Origin: Patescibacteria group bacterium
Lineage (GTDB): Bacteria; Patescibacteriota; Patescibacteriia; Buchananbacterales; GWA2-38-13
Assembly (NCBI GenBank): GCA_028712155.1
Contig: JAQTQO010000001.1
Span: 1,501-65,500, forward strand
Direction: 5' to 3'
Length of the DNA: 64,000 bases
Shown: positions 49,912 through 60,391 of the stretch, in pieces
Layout: every line of letters starts with the position of its first letter
Position numbering within the stretch: position 1 is the stretch's first letter
The notes under the pieces: generated by a model
Told to the model about the DNA's origin: nothing
The model's database searches: none
What the model saw: the letters and a program-made list of their open reading frames with translations, nothing else
Made by a program: the position numbers and the translations under genes

Positions 49912-50244
49912 GCACAAAGAGAGTCTGCGTCCGCTAAACAGAGCAAAATTTATCTCCCAAGAAATTCACAAGTTACAGGTTTGACAAAATTGAGGAATTC
50001 AGCTATCCTGGAATGCAGTTTCTGTAGACGTTTAAATTTTGCTCAATCAAGCCTTGATTCGGCAAAAAAGTGTTATTCAATGGCACGCGGTTGACCGGCG
50101 ACGATTCAGGCAACTACGGAAGGAGTATGTCCGGTCTGATTCGAGCGAGGGTAACTTGCTTAGAATTTTAGTATTACGTTAGCCGCAGTTAACCCGTCAG
50201 ACGGGAAGGGCTGAGGCACGTAATCACCGGGTATCAGAAACGCC

Positions 50245-50481
50245 ATGCCGCAAAATTCCACACCCTCAGCGAGCAAATCCTTCATCGAAATGCTCGGGGA
50301 GGTCAAAGAGCTTCTGCCGTCGGCGAATTTTCGCATCAAGCTGGATAGCGGGGCAGAAATTCTCGGACACTTGTCCGGACGGATGCGGATGAACCGGATC
50401 AAGCTTCTCCCCGGCGATCGGGTGAAAGTGCAGATAAGTCCCTACGATTTGACCAAGGGCAGAATTGTCTTTCGGTACTAA
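50245..50481 (+). CDS. infA: Translation initiation factor IF-1
   Basis: S1-like OB fold (…[65 protein letters not shown]). Confidence 0.85.
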   Translation: MPQNSTPSASKSFIEMLGEVKELLPSANFRIKLDSGAEILGHLSGRMRMNRIKLLPGDRVKVQISPYDLTKGRIVFRY

Positions 50482-50506
50482 ACTCAACGGCAACATCATC
50501 GACGTT

Positions 50507-50620
50507 ATGAAGGTGCGCGCATCGGTAAAAAAGATATGCAAAGACTGCAAGATCGTGCGTCGAAAAAAACGGCTGCATGTGATTTGCCTCAATCCGAAAC
50601 ACCGGCAACGCCAAGGGTAA
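50507..50620 (+). CDS. rpmJ: 50S ribosomal protein L36
   Basis: Manual translation gives [37 protein letters not shown] (37 aa). It is absent from the ORF track because it is shorter than 60 aa. Confidence 0.85.
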   Translation: MKVRASVKKICKDCKIVRRKKRLHVICLNPKHRQRQG

Positions 50621-50662
50621 ATTAACGGACACGCAATTTGGATTCATCGATAACTCTATCGT

Positions 50663-51052
50663 ATGGCACGCATCAGCGGGATCACGCTTCCGGCACAAAA
50701 AAGGATCGAGATCGGCCTGACCTACCTCTACGGCATCGGCCGACCGCGGGCGCTGCAAATTTTGCAGCAGACGAAAATTAACCCCGATACCCGCGTCAAG
50801 GATCTAACGGAGCGCGAGGTAAATGCGCTGCATGAAATTATTGATAAAAATTACCACGTGGAAGGGGAATTGCGACGCGAAGTACAGACCAACATTAAGC
50901 GCTTGAAGGAAATCGGTTGCTACCGGGGGATCCGACATTTAAAGCACCTGCCCGTACACGGACAGCGGACCAAGACGAACTCCCGGACGGTTCGCGGTAA
51001 TGTCCGCAAGACCATGGGCTCGGGTCGTAAAGCCAGCGCACAGAAAACGTAA
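50663..51052 (+). CDS. rpsM: 30S ribosomal protein S13
   Basis: [10 protein letters not shown]…[11 protein letters not shown]…. Confidence 0.9.
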   Translation: MARISGITLPAQKRIEIGLTYLYGIGRPRALQILQQTKINPDTRVKDLTEREVNALHEIIDKNYHVEGELRREVQTNIKRLKEIGCYRGIRHLKHLPVHGQRTKTNSRTVRGNVRKTMGSGRKASAQKT

Positions 51053-51061
51053 TCAGCATCT

Positions 51062-51535
51062 ATGCCAGTTGAAACTCCAACCGCCGCACCCGCACCCGTC
51101 ACACCGAAGGCGCCTGCCGCTCGACCAACCGAGCCGAAAGCGGGCGTCGCGGCTGAACGGTCCGCTCGGGCGAAGAAAGTGAAGCGCCAGGTGCCGGTCG
51201 GCCGGGTCTATATCCAGGCGACGTATAATAACACCATCGTTACTTTCACCGATCCCCAGGGCAACGTTCTGGCGCAGTCGTCGGCCGGGCTGATCGGTTT
51301 CCGCGGACCAAAGAAAGCGACTCCGTATGCGGCCGGTTCCATTATTCGCAGTGCGGTGACCAAGGTGCAGGGGTATGGTTTGCGGGAAGTAAATGTGTTC
51401 GTCAAAGGATTTGGCTCCGGACGTGAAGCCGCGATTCGGGCCATCAATGCCAACGGTATTGCCATTTTGGGCATCAAGGACGTCACGCCGCTGCCGCACA
51501 ACGGCTGCCGGCCTAAGAAGCCGCGGCGGATCTAG
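51062..51535 (+). CDS. rpsK: 30S ribosomal protein S11 (with about 30-aa Pro/Ala-rich N-terminal extension)
   Basis: Core …GRVYIQATYNNTIVTFTDPQGNVLAQSSAG…. Confidence 0.9.
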   Translation: MPVETPTAAPAPVTPKAPAARPTEPKAGVAAERSARAKKVKRQVPVGRVYIQATYNNTIVTFTDPQGNVLAQSSAGLIGFRGPKKATPYAAGSIIRSAVTKVQGYGLREVNVFVKGFGSGREAAIRAINANGIAILGIKDVTPLPHNGCRPKKPRRI

Positions 51536-51585
51536 CGCATCAAACGCTATCCATTATTTTTTGTTACTGGAAATAATTCATTGGT

Positions 51586-52197
51586 ATGTCCCGCTACATT
51601 GGTCCACGACATAAGCTCTGCCGACGCCTGGGTGTGAAGATTTGTGATGCGGCAAAATGTCCGCTCATGCGGCGGAATTACCCGCCGGGCATGCACGGTC
51701 CGATGGGTCACGGGCGACTGACGGCGTACGGCGAACAATTTCGTGAAAAGCAGCGCACGCGGCACACGTATGGGTGCAGTGAGCGGCAATTCTCGAACTA
51801 TTACCGCAAAGCGGTCGGCCAGTCCGGTGACAGCGGCATCAACCTTGCCACCATGCTCGAGATGCGGTTGGATAACGTCGTCTACCGGCTGCACTGGGCC
51901 AAAACACGCCCGCAGGCGCGCCAGATGGTCAGCCACGGGTTCATTACGGTCAACGGCAAGCGGATGGACATCCCGTCGTATGAGACGAAAACGAAAGATG
52001 CTATTGCGGTTAAACAGAATAAGCTCGGGAAAAAGATTTTTTTCGAACTGGCTGCCCGACGGGAGAAGCAGGGCATTCCCGATTGGCTGAACGTGCAGCG
52101 GGACGCTCTGCAGGCGAAAGTGATCGGCCAACCGGCTCCCGAATCGCTGAAAGGACTTTTTAACGCGCAGGCCGTTATCGAGCTGTACTCTCGGTAA
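51586..52197 (+). CDS. rpsD: 30S ribosomal protein S4
   Basis: MSRYIGPRHKLCRRLG… with a Cys cluster. Confidence 0.9.
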   Translation: MSRYIGPRHKLCRRLGVKICDAAKCPLMRRNYPPGMHGPMGHGRLTAYGEQFREKQRTRHTYGCSERQFSNYYRKAVGQSGDSGINLATMLEMRLDNVVYRLHWAKTRPQARQMVSHGFITVNGKRMDIPSYETKTKDAIAVKQNKLGKKIFFELAARREKQGIPDWLNVQRDALQAKVIGQPAPESLKGLFNAQAVIELYSR

Positions 52198-52245
52198 ACG
52201 GAAATCGCGTACCTCACACGCCAAAATATCAATAACCCAAAATAT

Positions 52246-53103
52246 ATGGAGAGCATTCCACTGCCTACGAGTATTCAGATCGAGGCGGGCGAAAATGATC
52301 GCATCGCCAAAATTATTATTGAACCGTTTTTCCCCGGCTACGGCACAACGATCGGCAACGCCCTGCGGCGGGTTTTGCTTTCGTCGTTACCGGGCGCGGC
52401 ACTCACCTCGTTCAGCGTGAAGGGGATTCAACATGAATTTTCGGCCGTGCCGGGAGTCAAGGAAGATTTCGTTGATATTGCCCTTAACCTCAAGCAGGTC
52501 CGACTGAAAGTGTACGCGGACCAGCCGGTACGCCTGCACCTGTCGGTCAAGGGGGAACGCAAAGTCACGGCAGGGGATATCACGGAAACCAGCGAGGTCA
52601 AAATCCTGAACCCCGAGCATGTGATCGCCACGCTGACGGACAAATCCGCCAGCCTGGAAATGGATTTCATCGCCCAGCAGGGCCGCGGCTATGTCCCGAC
52701 GGAAACCCGCGAGAAGGAAGAGCTTGAGGTTGGCATGATCGCGCTGGATGCCCTCTACAGTCCGATTCGTAAAGTAGGCTTTTTGGTGGAAAACGTGCGC
52801 GTCGGACAAATGACCAACTGGGATAAACTGATTTTGGAGATCGAAACGGACGGTGCGCTAACCCCCAAGGAGGCGCTCGAAATGTCGGCGAAGTATCTGA
52901 TCGATCAGATGACGTTCGTCGCGCAGCCCCAGGCGTCGGCGGCCGGTGCAACCGCGCCGGAGGCGGTGGAAGCAGCGGCGGCACCGGAAATGACCGGTCT
53001 GCAGGACATTCCGAGCGGAACGGACGCAACGGCTGATGCTTCGCTGACGGAACCTGCGACAAAGCCCGCGAAGAAGCGGGGGAAGAAAGCCACTACGGCC
53101 TAG
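52246..53103 (+). CDS. rpoA: DNA-directed RNA polymerase subunit alpha
   Basis: …IIIEPFFPGYGTTIGNALRRVLLSS…; the C-terminal domain is replaced or extended by an Ala/Pro-rich tail. Confidence 0.85.
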   Translation: MESIPLPTSIQIEAGENDRIAKIIIEPFFPGYGTTIGNALRRVLLSSLPGAALTSFSVKGIQHEFSAVPGVKEDFVDIALNLKQVRLKVYADQPVRLHLSVKGERKVTAGDITETSEVKILNPEHVIATLTDKSASLEMDFIAQQGRGYVPTETREKEELEVGMIALDALYSPIRKVGFLVENVRVGQMTNWDKLILEIETDGALTPKEALEMSAKYLIDQMTFVAQPQASAAGATAPEAVEAAAAPEMTGLQDIPSGTDATADASLTEPATKPAKKRGKKATTA

Positions 53104-53112
53104 TTTTTATCT

Positions 53113-53469
53113 ATGCGGCACCGGAATAAAAAGGTAATTTTGGATCGCTCCAAGTCTGCGCGGCAGGCAATGCTGCAGAATCTCGCGGCGAGCCTTATTT
53201 TGTACGAAAAGATTACTACGACCGAGGCCAAAGCGCGGGCCGTCCGTCCGATCGTTGAACGCTTGGTGACGATGGGAAGGACTTCCACCCTAGCCACGCG
53301 GCGTCGTTTGCTTGCGGTTTTGCCCGTCGAAGGTGCGGTGCGGAAGATCATTGATGTTTTGGGTCCGCGTTACCGCGACCGGCGCGGCGGGTATCTGAGG
53401 ATCGGAAAAATCGCCAGCCGACACGGTGACGGTGCAAAAATTGCCAGTATCGAGTTCATACCATCCTAA
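53113..53469 (+). CDS. rplQ: 50S ribosomal protein L17
   Basis: MRHRNKKVILDRSKSARQAMLQNLAASLILYEKITTT…. Confidence 0.9.
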   Translation: MRHRNKKVILDRSKSARQAMLQNLAASLILYEKITTTEAKARAVRPIVERLVTMGRTSTLATRRRLLAVLPVEGAVRKIIDVLGPRYRDRRGGYLRIGKIASRHGDGAKIASIEFIPS

Positions 53470-53864
53470 TGCCTATGCGTAAGGGTCATCCAACAAAACC
53501 ATCGGCACAGCCAGTTGTTCGCGCAAACAACGTTCTGGATGCGTCAACCATGACGCTGGGCCGTTTGGCGAGCACCGCAGCGGGCTATCTCACCGGCAAG
53601 CATAAAGCGTCGTACGAACCCCACCGCGATACGGGGGACTTCGTCACGGTTACCAACGTCGGGAAGTTGAAACTGAGCGGCCGCAAGCTCCAGCAAAAGG
53701 TCTACCATGACATGTCCGGTTACCCGGGCGGAATTCACACGCGCAGCGCGAAGGCGTTAATGGTTACCCGGCCGGAAGAAATTATCTGGCGCGCCGTGCG
53801 ACTGATGCTGCCGGAGAACAAATATCGGCAAGCGCGCCTGCGTCGTCTCCACCTGAGTCGTTAA
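53469..53864 (+). CDS. rplM: 50S ribosomal protein L13
   Basis: …VVRANNVLDASTMTLGRLAS…; overlaps the rplQ stop by 1 nt. Confidence 0.85.
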   Translation: MPMRKGHPTKPSAQPVVRANNVLDASTMTLGRLASTAAGYLTGKHKASYEPHRDTGDFVTVTNVGKLKLSGRKLQQKVYHDMSGYPGGIHTRSAKALMVTRPEEIIWRAVRLMLPENKYRQARLRRLHLSR

Positions 53865-53880
53865 ACGAGCATTATTTGTT

Positions 53881-54408
53881 ATGGTTACCGCACCGCAAGT
53901 CAAAAAAACGCGTTCCAGCCGCACCGCCAAGCCGGTGGTAAAAAGCGTTCGAAAAGCAACGACAAAACCGCACGCAAAAGCGGATGCAACGGTACCGGCA
54001 GCGCCGACGCCACGGATGCAAAATTATTTTTCCGGTGTCGGACGCCGCAAAACTGCGGTGGCCCGCGTTCGCCTGACCCCGTCCAGTACGCCGACTTTTA
54101 CCGTGAATGGAAAACCGCTCACGGAGTACTTCCGGACCATGCAACTGCAGGAAATCGTCATGGCACCGCTCAAAATTACCGGGAAAAATGAAAGTTTCAG
54201 CTGCAGCGTGAAGGTGAACGGAGGCGGATTCCACGGACAGGCCGAAGCCGTTCGTCACGGCATATCACGCAGCTTACTTGACTTTGAAGCGGGGCTGCGA
54301 CCAACCCTCAAGCCTTACGGCTTTCTTACCCGCGACCCGCGCATGAAGGAGCGGAAGAAACCAGGTCTTCACCGGGCCCGCCGCGCGCCTCAATGGGCCA
54401 AGAGGTAA
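53881..54408 (+). CDS. rpsI: 30S ribosomal protein S9 (with Lys-rich N-terminal extension)
   Basis: Core …YFSGVGRRKTAVARVRL… and C-terminal …KKPGLHRARRAPQWAKR. Confidence 0.9.
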   Translation: MVTAPQVKKTRSSRTAKPVVKSVRKATTKPHAKADATVPAAPTPRMQNYFSGVGRRKTAVARVRLTPSSTPTFTVNGKPLTEYFRTMQLQEIVMAPLKITGKNESFSCSVKVNGGGFHGQAEAVRHGISRSLLDFEAGLRPTLKPYGFLTRDPRMKERKKPGLHRARRAPQWAKR

Positions 54409-54426
54409 ATTGACTACTCATCAAAA

Positions 54427-54452
54427 ACCAGGGGTTTCCCCTGGTTTTTTGT
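54427..54452 (+). terminator. Intrinsic terminator after rpsI
   Basis: AAACCAGGGG-TTT-CCCCTGGTTT followed by TTTTT. Confidence 0.75.
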
Positions 54453-54461
54453 TATACCGCT

Positions 54462-55961
54462 GTGTCCTTTCCGGATGCTCTGCCATTCGCTATACTGACG
54501 TTAATGAAAGCCTATCGCGTAGCGCACAACACGGCGTTTCTGACCGGCGCGCAAATCACCCAAAAGATGCTCTCGTTCGGGTATTTTTGGTACCTGTCTA
54601 ACCAGTTGGGCAAATCGAGCCTGGGCACATACCTTTTTGCACTGTCTTTCGCCACACTGTTTGGCAGCGGAACGGATCTGGGCTTGACGCCGGTTCTGGT
54701 GCGGGAAACTGCCCGTCAGCCGGAACAGGGGAATGCGTACCTGCGCAACGTCATCGGGCTGAAACTCATTCTGACGTTTCTTGCCGTGGCGGCGGCTGCC
54801 ATCGCCATTACGGTCAGCGGAAAACCGGTGGAAACGCGGACGCTGGTGTACGCCGCCGGCGGTATCGTGCTGCTGGATGCTTTTACCCTGAGCTTTTGGG
54901 GAATATTCAAAGCGTCCCGAAATCTCGTGTACGAAAGCATCGCGACGATCGCCGTGCAACTGGTTATCATCACCGGAGGAATTATCGTATTGCAAACGTC
55001 GCGATCAACCCTGCATCTCGTGCTGAACCTGGTGCTGGCGGCGGTAGTCAATTTTTTGTTCGCCGTGATCTTTTTGCGAAGGCGTCTTGGATACCGGTTG
55101 CTGCCAAAATGGGATCGGTCGGTGCTGCGGATGTTTCTCAAATTTACGCCCGCGTTCGCGATGTCGCTTGTGTTCGTAAAAATCTACGGTGTGGCCGATA
55201 CGGTTTTACTGGGATACCTCGGGAATACGGTGGATATCGCCAACTATTCCATTCCGACCAAGGTGGTTACTTCACTGCAGCAGGTGATACCGGCGGCGTT
55301 CGCTTCCGTGATCTATCCGGTTTTCACCCAGTGCTACCAGCGGGGCGGAGCGGAGCTGTCACGATTGTTCGAGCGGGCCTGTCTGTACCTGCTGGGGGTC
55401 AGCATCCCGGCGACGGTTGCCCTCGTGACGCTGGCGCCAAAAATCCTTTCCACCGTATGGCCGGCATATACCGAGGTGACGTACGCGTTCCGTCTTATGG
55501 CGTTGGCGCTGCCGTTTATTTTTTTAACCTTTCCCACCGGGTATCTGCTCAACGCCTGCGACCGCCAGCGCCGCACAACGTTCAATCGTGGCGTGTACGT
55601 CATGCTGTCCGTGCTGGGCAATCTCATGCTCATTCCCATCGCCGGCTACCGCGGTTCCGCAGGTATTTTTCTCGTCACCAATGCCGCCTTGCTGGTCTTT
55701 GACGGATGGGCAGTGCGCCGACTGCTGCATCTGAATTTCCGCGTACTGGGAATCGCATTAGCAAAAATTGCGATCGCCAGCGTCGTAATGCTGGCTTTGC
55801 TTCTGGTCTTGTCGAATGTCCTCCATTTATTCGTCCTCATCGGTGTCGGGGCGGTCGCGTACGTCGGTTTGACCTATGCCATGGGATTTTGGAAATTCAT
55901 GGGGTTACGACTCCGGGGAATGGGACCATCGCCCTCGGCATCATCTTCGAATCAGCTATGA
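54462..55961 (+). CDS. Polysaccharide biosynthesis flippase (MOP superfamily, Wzx-like)
   Basis: The 499-aa protein has about 12 TM segments and a Wzx/MATE-like pattern. Confidence 0.7.
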   Translation: MSFPDALPFAILTLMKAYRVAHNTAFLTGAQITQKMLSFGYFWYLSNQLGKSSLGTYLFALSFATLFGSGTDLGLTPVLVRETARQPEQGNAYLRNVIGLKLILTFLAVAAAAIAITVSGKPVETRTLVYAAGGIVLLDAFTLSFWGIFKASRNLVYESIATIAVQLVIITGGIIVLQTSRSTLHLVLNLVLAAVVNFLFAVIFLRRRLGYRLLPKWDRSVLRMFLKFTPAFAMSLVFVKIYGVADTVLLGYLGNTVDIANYSIPTKVVTSLQQVIPAAFASVIYPVFTQCYQRGGAELSRLFERACLYLLGVSIPATVALVTLAPKILSTVWPAYTEVTYAFRLMALALPFIFLTFPTGYLLNACDRQRRTTFNRGVYVMLSVLGNLMLIPIAGYRGSAGIFLVTNAALLVFDGWAVRRLLHLNFRVLGIALAKIAIASVVMLALLLVLSNVLHLFVLIGVGAVAYVGLTYAMGFWKFMGLRLRGMGPSPSASSSNQL

Positions 55962-57085
55962 GAAAAACTCTCCTGATCACCGATGATTTTCCGCCCCACT
56001 ACGGCGGTGTCGCTGCCTATTATTCCGCGCTTTGCCGGCGGTTGCCCCCGGGACGCTTGGGAGTGGTTACCGTACCCGCAACGGATTCGCTCGCGTTCGA
56101 CCGGAGCCAAACGTATCCGGTTTACCGTCTGCCACTCCTTTCGACCAATCCGTTCCTGTGGCCGAAATGGGTCACGGGTTGGCGCGCCATCGGCCGTTTG
56201 TACCGGCAGCAGCGGTACGGGATGTTGCTGGTGGGCCAAATTCTTCCCTACGGGACGATCGCCTGGCTTTTACATCTGCGTTATCGTACGCCGTATGTGG
56301 TCATCGCACACGGGATGGATATTGCTGTTCCGCGCGGTCGAAAACGGATATTGTGCGGAAAAATTTTACGGCGGGCGGTTCGGGTGATCGCCAACAGCCA
56401 TGCCACCGCCGACCTTCTCCGCCCGTATGGCGTCGCGCAAGATAAAATAACCGTTATCACGCCTGGCGTTGAAGCGCGACCAGGCGTGTCGGCTACGCGT
56501 TTACAGGAACTTCAGGCGAAATATCATCTGACGGGAAAGCAGGTGGTGCTATCCGTCGGACGGCTGGTGTCACGGAAGGGGGTACGCGAAGTGCTCACGG
56601 CATTGATAAAGGTCCGCACCGCCGTCCCCAATGCGGTGTACGTCATCGCCGGTGACGGACCCGAACGAGAAAATTTGCATCGCCATGCGCGGGCGATCGG
56701 TATTGCCCCGCAGGTAATCTTTGCCGGCGCAATACCTCATGATGAACTTGCGACCTGGTACGAGCGATGTGACCTGCTGGTTGCAGCGCCGCAACCGGAC
56801 ACGTCCGGGGATATCGAAGGATTCGGAATGGTGTATCTCGAGGCTGCCATACACGGCAAACCATCAATTGCAACGGATTTACCGGGAATTCGCGAGGCGG
56901 TACTTGACGGGGTAAGCGGACTATTAGTTCCCGTACACGATGCGCCTGCGCTCGCGTCGGCTTTGATCCGGCTCCTGAAAAATCCGGCCGAACGGCATCG
57001 CCTCGGGATCCAGGGTCAAGATCGCGCCGTGCGCGAGTTTGCCTGGGACACGCGGGCGCGACAGCTGGAATTGATTTTACGGTAA
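55958..57085 (+). CDS. Glycosyltransferase family 4
   Basis: Start at ATG 55958, overlapping the flippase stop (ATGA); MRKTLLITDDFPP… with a C-terminal GT4 EGFGMVYLEA motif. Confidence 0.75.
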   Translation: MRKTLLITDDFPPHYGGVAAYYSALCRRLPPGRLGVVTVPATDSLAFDRSQTYPVYRLPLLSTNPFLWPKWVTGWRAIGRLYRQQRYGMLLVGQILPYGTIAWLLHLRYRTPYVVIAHGMDIAVPRGRKRILCGKILRRAVRVIANSHATADLLRPYGVAQDKITVITPGVEARPGVSATRLQELQAKYHLTGKQVVLSVGRLVSRKGVREVLTALIKVRTAVPNAVYVIAGDGPERENLHRHARAIGIAPQVIFAGAIPHDELATWYERCDLLVAAPQPDTSGDIEGFGMVYLEAAIHGKPSIATDLPGIREAVLDGVSGLLVPVHDAPALASALIRLLKNPAERHRLGIQGQDRAVREFAWDTRARQLELILR

Positions 57086-57087
57086 CC

Positions 57088-57771
57088 ATGGCTATCATCG
57101 ACATCGTTATACCGGTGTACAATCAGGCGCGCACCATCAGTCGCTGTCTGCAGAGTATAGAAAAGCAGTCAGCTTCCGACGTTACGATTTCCGTGGTTGA
57201 TGACGGATCAACGGACAATCTTTTGCCGGTCCTTTCACCGTACCGAGAACGTATCCGTTTTATCCGTCAGTCGAACGCCGGCGCGTCAGCCGCCAGGAAT
57301 CGGGGCGCCAGGGAGGGGAGTGCCCCGTTTATACTGTTTTGCGACGCTGATGTAATACTCAAACCAAACTTTCTCCACACGCATTTACATGTCTTACAAA
57401 ACAACCCGCAAAAATCTTACGCTTATGCATCCTTCAGGTGGGGATGGAAAGCATTTCGGCCCGGCCCCTTCGACCCCGTACGACTGCACCGCGAACCATA
57501 CATTAATACCCACGCCGTAATCCGCCGCGCGCACTTTCCGGGATTTGATGAAACGCTGAAGCGGTTTCAGGATTGGGATTTGTGGCTGACGATACTTGAC
57601 CAGGGCCGCGAAGGGGTATGGATTGACCAGCAATTATTTACGGTACGACCCGGCGGCACCATGAGCCGCTGGTTGCCTAAGGCCGCGTATCGGCTGCTGC
57701 CGCGGCTGCGAACCGTCCGGGAATACCGCGCGGCATCTGAAATAGTAAAAATGAAACATGCCAAAAAATAA
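57088..57771 (+). CDS. Glycosyltransferase family 2
   Basis: MAIIDIVIPVYNQARTISRCL… …VVDDGSTDN… …CDADV…. Confidence 0.8.
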   Translation: MAIIDIVIPVYNQARTISRCLQSIEKQSASDVTISVVDDGSTDNLLPVLSPYRERIRFIRQSNAGASAARNRGAREGSAPFILFCDADVILKPNFLHTHLHVLQNNPQKSYAYASFRWGWKAFRPGPFDPVRLHREPYINTHAVIRRAHFPGFDETLKRFQDWDLWLTILDQGREGVWIDQQLFTVRPGGTMSRWLPKAAYRLLPRLRTVREYRAASEIVKMKHAKK

Positions 57772-58015
57772 TGAGGGCCAACGCGAGGCTGGCCCTCATT
57801 CCATCAGACGTCACGCGTCACCCGATACTCTGGGCTAGGCGACCGACATCCTCCGGAACATGCGGAGCTGGTTCATAAGGTGAAACCCCTTTCGGCATAC
57901 CCTTGGGGATACGCCCATGAACCGGTGAAAGAAACATGCGCGGAGCATCCATACTCCGGCATGCAAATATTTTAGGGTAATCCATGGTATCGGTCAATGC
58001 CTATTTGATCGCAGT

Positions 58016-58918
58016 ATGAATGAGGTACGACGCGATTTTGACGTGAGTATTATCATTGTGAGCTGGAATGCGGCACAATGCATTGGCGACTGTCTGCGTT
58101 CCATTCCGGCGGCGCTCGGCGCTTTACGCGGTGAAATTTTTGTCATTGACAACAATTCAAGCGACCAGACCGTCTCCAGAGTAAACGGATTGAAAAACAA
58201 TTTGAGCAATTTGCATCTGATCGAGTTAAAAGACAATATCGGTTTTTCGCGAGCAAATAACCGGGCAGCAAAAGAAGCAAAAGGAAAGTACCTTCTGCTG
58301 TTGAACCCCGATACCGAACTGACGCACCATGCGATTGCGACGCTGGTAAGCTGCTCCAGCACGCATGAGGCGGCGCTGGTCGGTGCAAAACACTGTAATC
58401 CTGATCGCAGCCTACAGCCTTCCGTCCGGCGGCTGCCAAGCATTTCGGCCATGATTTTTTTGCTCCTGAAGCTCCATCGCATTTTCCCGCGCGCTTCGCT
58501 CTGGCGCCATTACCTCGCATCGGATTTTGACTACAGCCAGGCGCAGGCGGCGGAACAACTTGCCGGCTCTTGCCTGCTGGTGCGTCGCGATGCCTGGGAT
58601 ATGCTGAACGGATTCGATGAGCGATTCCACCTGTGGTTTGAAGACGTTGATCTGTGCTACCGGGCGAAGGCCGCAAAATTGAAAACCTGGTACTGTCCGG
58701 ATTCGACCGTCGTTCACCTGGGCGGGCAAGGTTTCCGCCAACTCAGCACCATTCGGAGGCAAAGAGCATTCAATCGTTCGTTGAGATACTATATCCGCAA
58801 GCATCACGGAGCATTATTCTGGCTTTTGCTTTGGGCCGTAGAACCATTGAGCCTGACATTGGCGGCGCTGACCGAATACTTACCCCGCGGTATGGACAAA
58901 AATGAACGGCAAGTATGA
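58016..58918 (+). CDS. Glycosyltransferase family 2
   Basis: …VSIIIVSWNAAQCIGDCL… …IDNNSSDQT… …LLLNPDTEL…. Confidence 0.8.
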   Translation: MNEVRRDFDVSIIIVSWNAAQCIGDCLRSIPAALGALRGEIFVIDNNSSDQTVSRVNGLKNNLSNLHLIELKDNIGFSRANNRAAKEAKGKYLLLLNPDTELTHHAIATLVSCSSTHEAALVGAKHCNPDRSLQPSVRRLPSISAMIFLLLKLHRIFPRASLWRHYLASDFDYSQAQAAEQLAGSCLLVRRDAWDMLNGFDERFHLWFEDVDLCYRAKAAKLKTWYCPDSTVVHLGGQGFRQLSTIRRQRAFNRSLRYYIRKHHGALFWLLLWAVEPLSLTLAALTEYLPRGMDKNERQV

Positions 58919-58924
58919 ACATTT

Positions 58925-60391
58925 TTGGTTATGGTTCTCGCTGACCGATTTTTTGTTCTGGCCATTGCGACGTTTACGGCCGCTGAGGTGCTTTCGTATC
59001 TTGCTTCCCTGCATCCCGCCTTCGGTACGGCGCTGACGGCCATTATCGCAATCACGGTAATGCTGCTAACGCTGCGCGATTTACGCTGGGGCGTATACGC
59101 GATCCTGGGTGAACTGTTCGTCGGCGGCAAAGGCTACCTATTGAGCTTACCGATCGGCTCCAATCCGCTCTCGTTACGCATGGTGCTCTTTTTGATCGTT
59201 CTGCCCATCGGTGTGGTCCGTCTCACTGCACACCGGTTTTCCGGCAAACCCAAACCAAGTATCCAACTGCCGATCTGCACGTATGTGTTCTTGACGACTC
59301 TGGCGTGCGGCATAATTCTCGGATTGCTGCGTTACCCCTTCAATCAAACTTTCTTTGACGCCAACGCCTGGCTGTTCGTCGCGCTGTTGCCGGTCTTTAT
59401 CGCGGCGCTGACCACACCCGACCATTACCGCCGCCTGATGCAAATTCTGAGCGCCTCCGTTATCGTTGTGGCGGCGAAAAGTCTTGCGCTGCTCTTCATA
59501 TTCGGACATTTCGACGCGGTCGCACTGAATCCCATCTACCATTGGGTACGCGACACGGGCGTCGGTGAGATCACCCTGATCACGGGTACGCTTTTCCGCA
59601 TCTTTTTTCAATCGCACGTGTATATGCTGGTGGCGTGGCTGGCCGGGCTTGCCCTCCTGCTGCACCGCGCATTCCATCGTGCGATTGACGTCGCAATGTT
59701 GGGGGTCGTACTCTATCTGGCGAGCGCGACACTTGTGGTCAGCCAGTCGCGCAGTTTCTGGGTTGCGGGTGCAATCGGGACGCTCGCCGTAGTCCTGCAT
59801 GCCGGATCGACGCGACGCGTGTCGTGGGCACGCGCCGGCCTGATCGTGCTCATGCTTGCCTACACCGTGCAGTCGCAATTTTCTCTGGTGTCGCTGGTTT
59901 CCGGTAATTACGGCGGTAACGTTCTGGCCGCGCGCCTGCGTAATTTGCAATATGAACCGGCGGCGTCAAGCCGCCAACGCCAGCTTTTACCGTTGCTGTC
60001 GGCGATCGGACAACATCCGTGGCTGGGTTCCGGCTTCGGCCGGACCGTGACCTATTTGTCATCCGATCCGCGCGTATTGGCTAACCATCCAAACGGTGCC
60101 TACACAACCAGCGCTTTCGAATGGGGATACCTTGATATCGCGCTAAAGATCGGACTGGCGGGGCTGCTCGCGTACGGCGCTTGGATCGCCACGCAAATTT
60201 TCGGCCTGCTGAAAAAAAATCTCCCGCCGGAGTGGGGAGGTTTGTGCGCCGGATGCGCATTCGGGATGCTGGGCATTGCAATTGCCAACGTCTTCACGCC
60301 GTACCTGAATCACCCGTTAGGCATCGGCTGGGTACTCACCGGTGCGGCGCTGTTGCATGCCGCGACCGTTAAACGAGAACACTCCCGATAA
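58925..60391 (+). CDS. O-antigen ligase/polymerase family (Wzy_C-like) membrane protein
   Basis: About 12 TM segments, with …QHPWLGSGFGRT…ANHPNGAYTTSAFEWGYLDIALKIG…. Confidence 0.65.
   Translation: MVMVLADRFFVLAIATFTAAEVLSYLASLHPAFGTALTAIIAITVMLLTLRDLRWGVYAILGELFVGGKGYLLSLPIGSNPLSLRMVLFLIVLPIGVVRLTAHRFSGKPKPSIQLPICTYVFLTTLACGIILGLLRYPFNQTFFDANAWLFVALLPVFIAALTTPDHYRRLMQILSASVIVVAAKSLALLFIFGHFDAVALNPIYHWVRDTGVGEITLITGTLFRIFFQSHVYMLVAWLAGLALLLHRAFHRAIDVAMLGVVLYLASATLVVSQSRSFWVAGAIGTLAVVLHAGSTRRVSWARAGLIVLMLAYTVQSQFSLVSLVSGNYGGNVLAARLRNLQYEPAASSRQRQLLPLLSAIGQHPWLGSGFGRTVTYLSSDPRVLANHPNGAYTTSAFEWGYLDIALKIGLAGLLAYGAWIATQIFGLLKKNLPPEWGGLCAGCAFGMLGIAIANVFTPYLNHPLGIGWVLTGAALLHAATVKREHSR

Noticed and set aside
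55706-55957. Long N-terminal extensions of track ORFs (55706 for the GT4, 1956 for the first GT, 61935 for def, 23920-24069 for the PAS protein, 31149 for dnaB)
   Set aside because: These extensions overlap the upstream gene or precede conserved N-terminal motifs. Starts were moved to internal ATG/GTG codons that sit right after the upstream stop or match family N-termini.
57772-57798. Hairpin TGAGGGCCA-N9-TGGCCCTCA after the first GT2 gene as a terminator
   Set aside because: It has a good stem but no downstream T-tract on the plus strand. The T-tract is on the opposite strand, where no gene ends.
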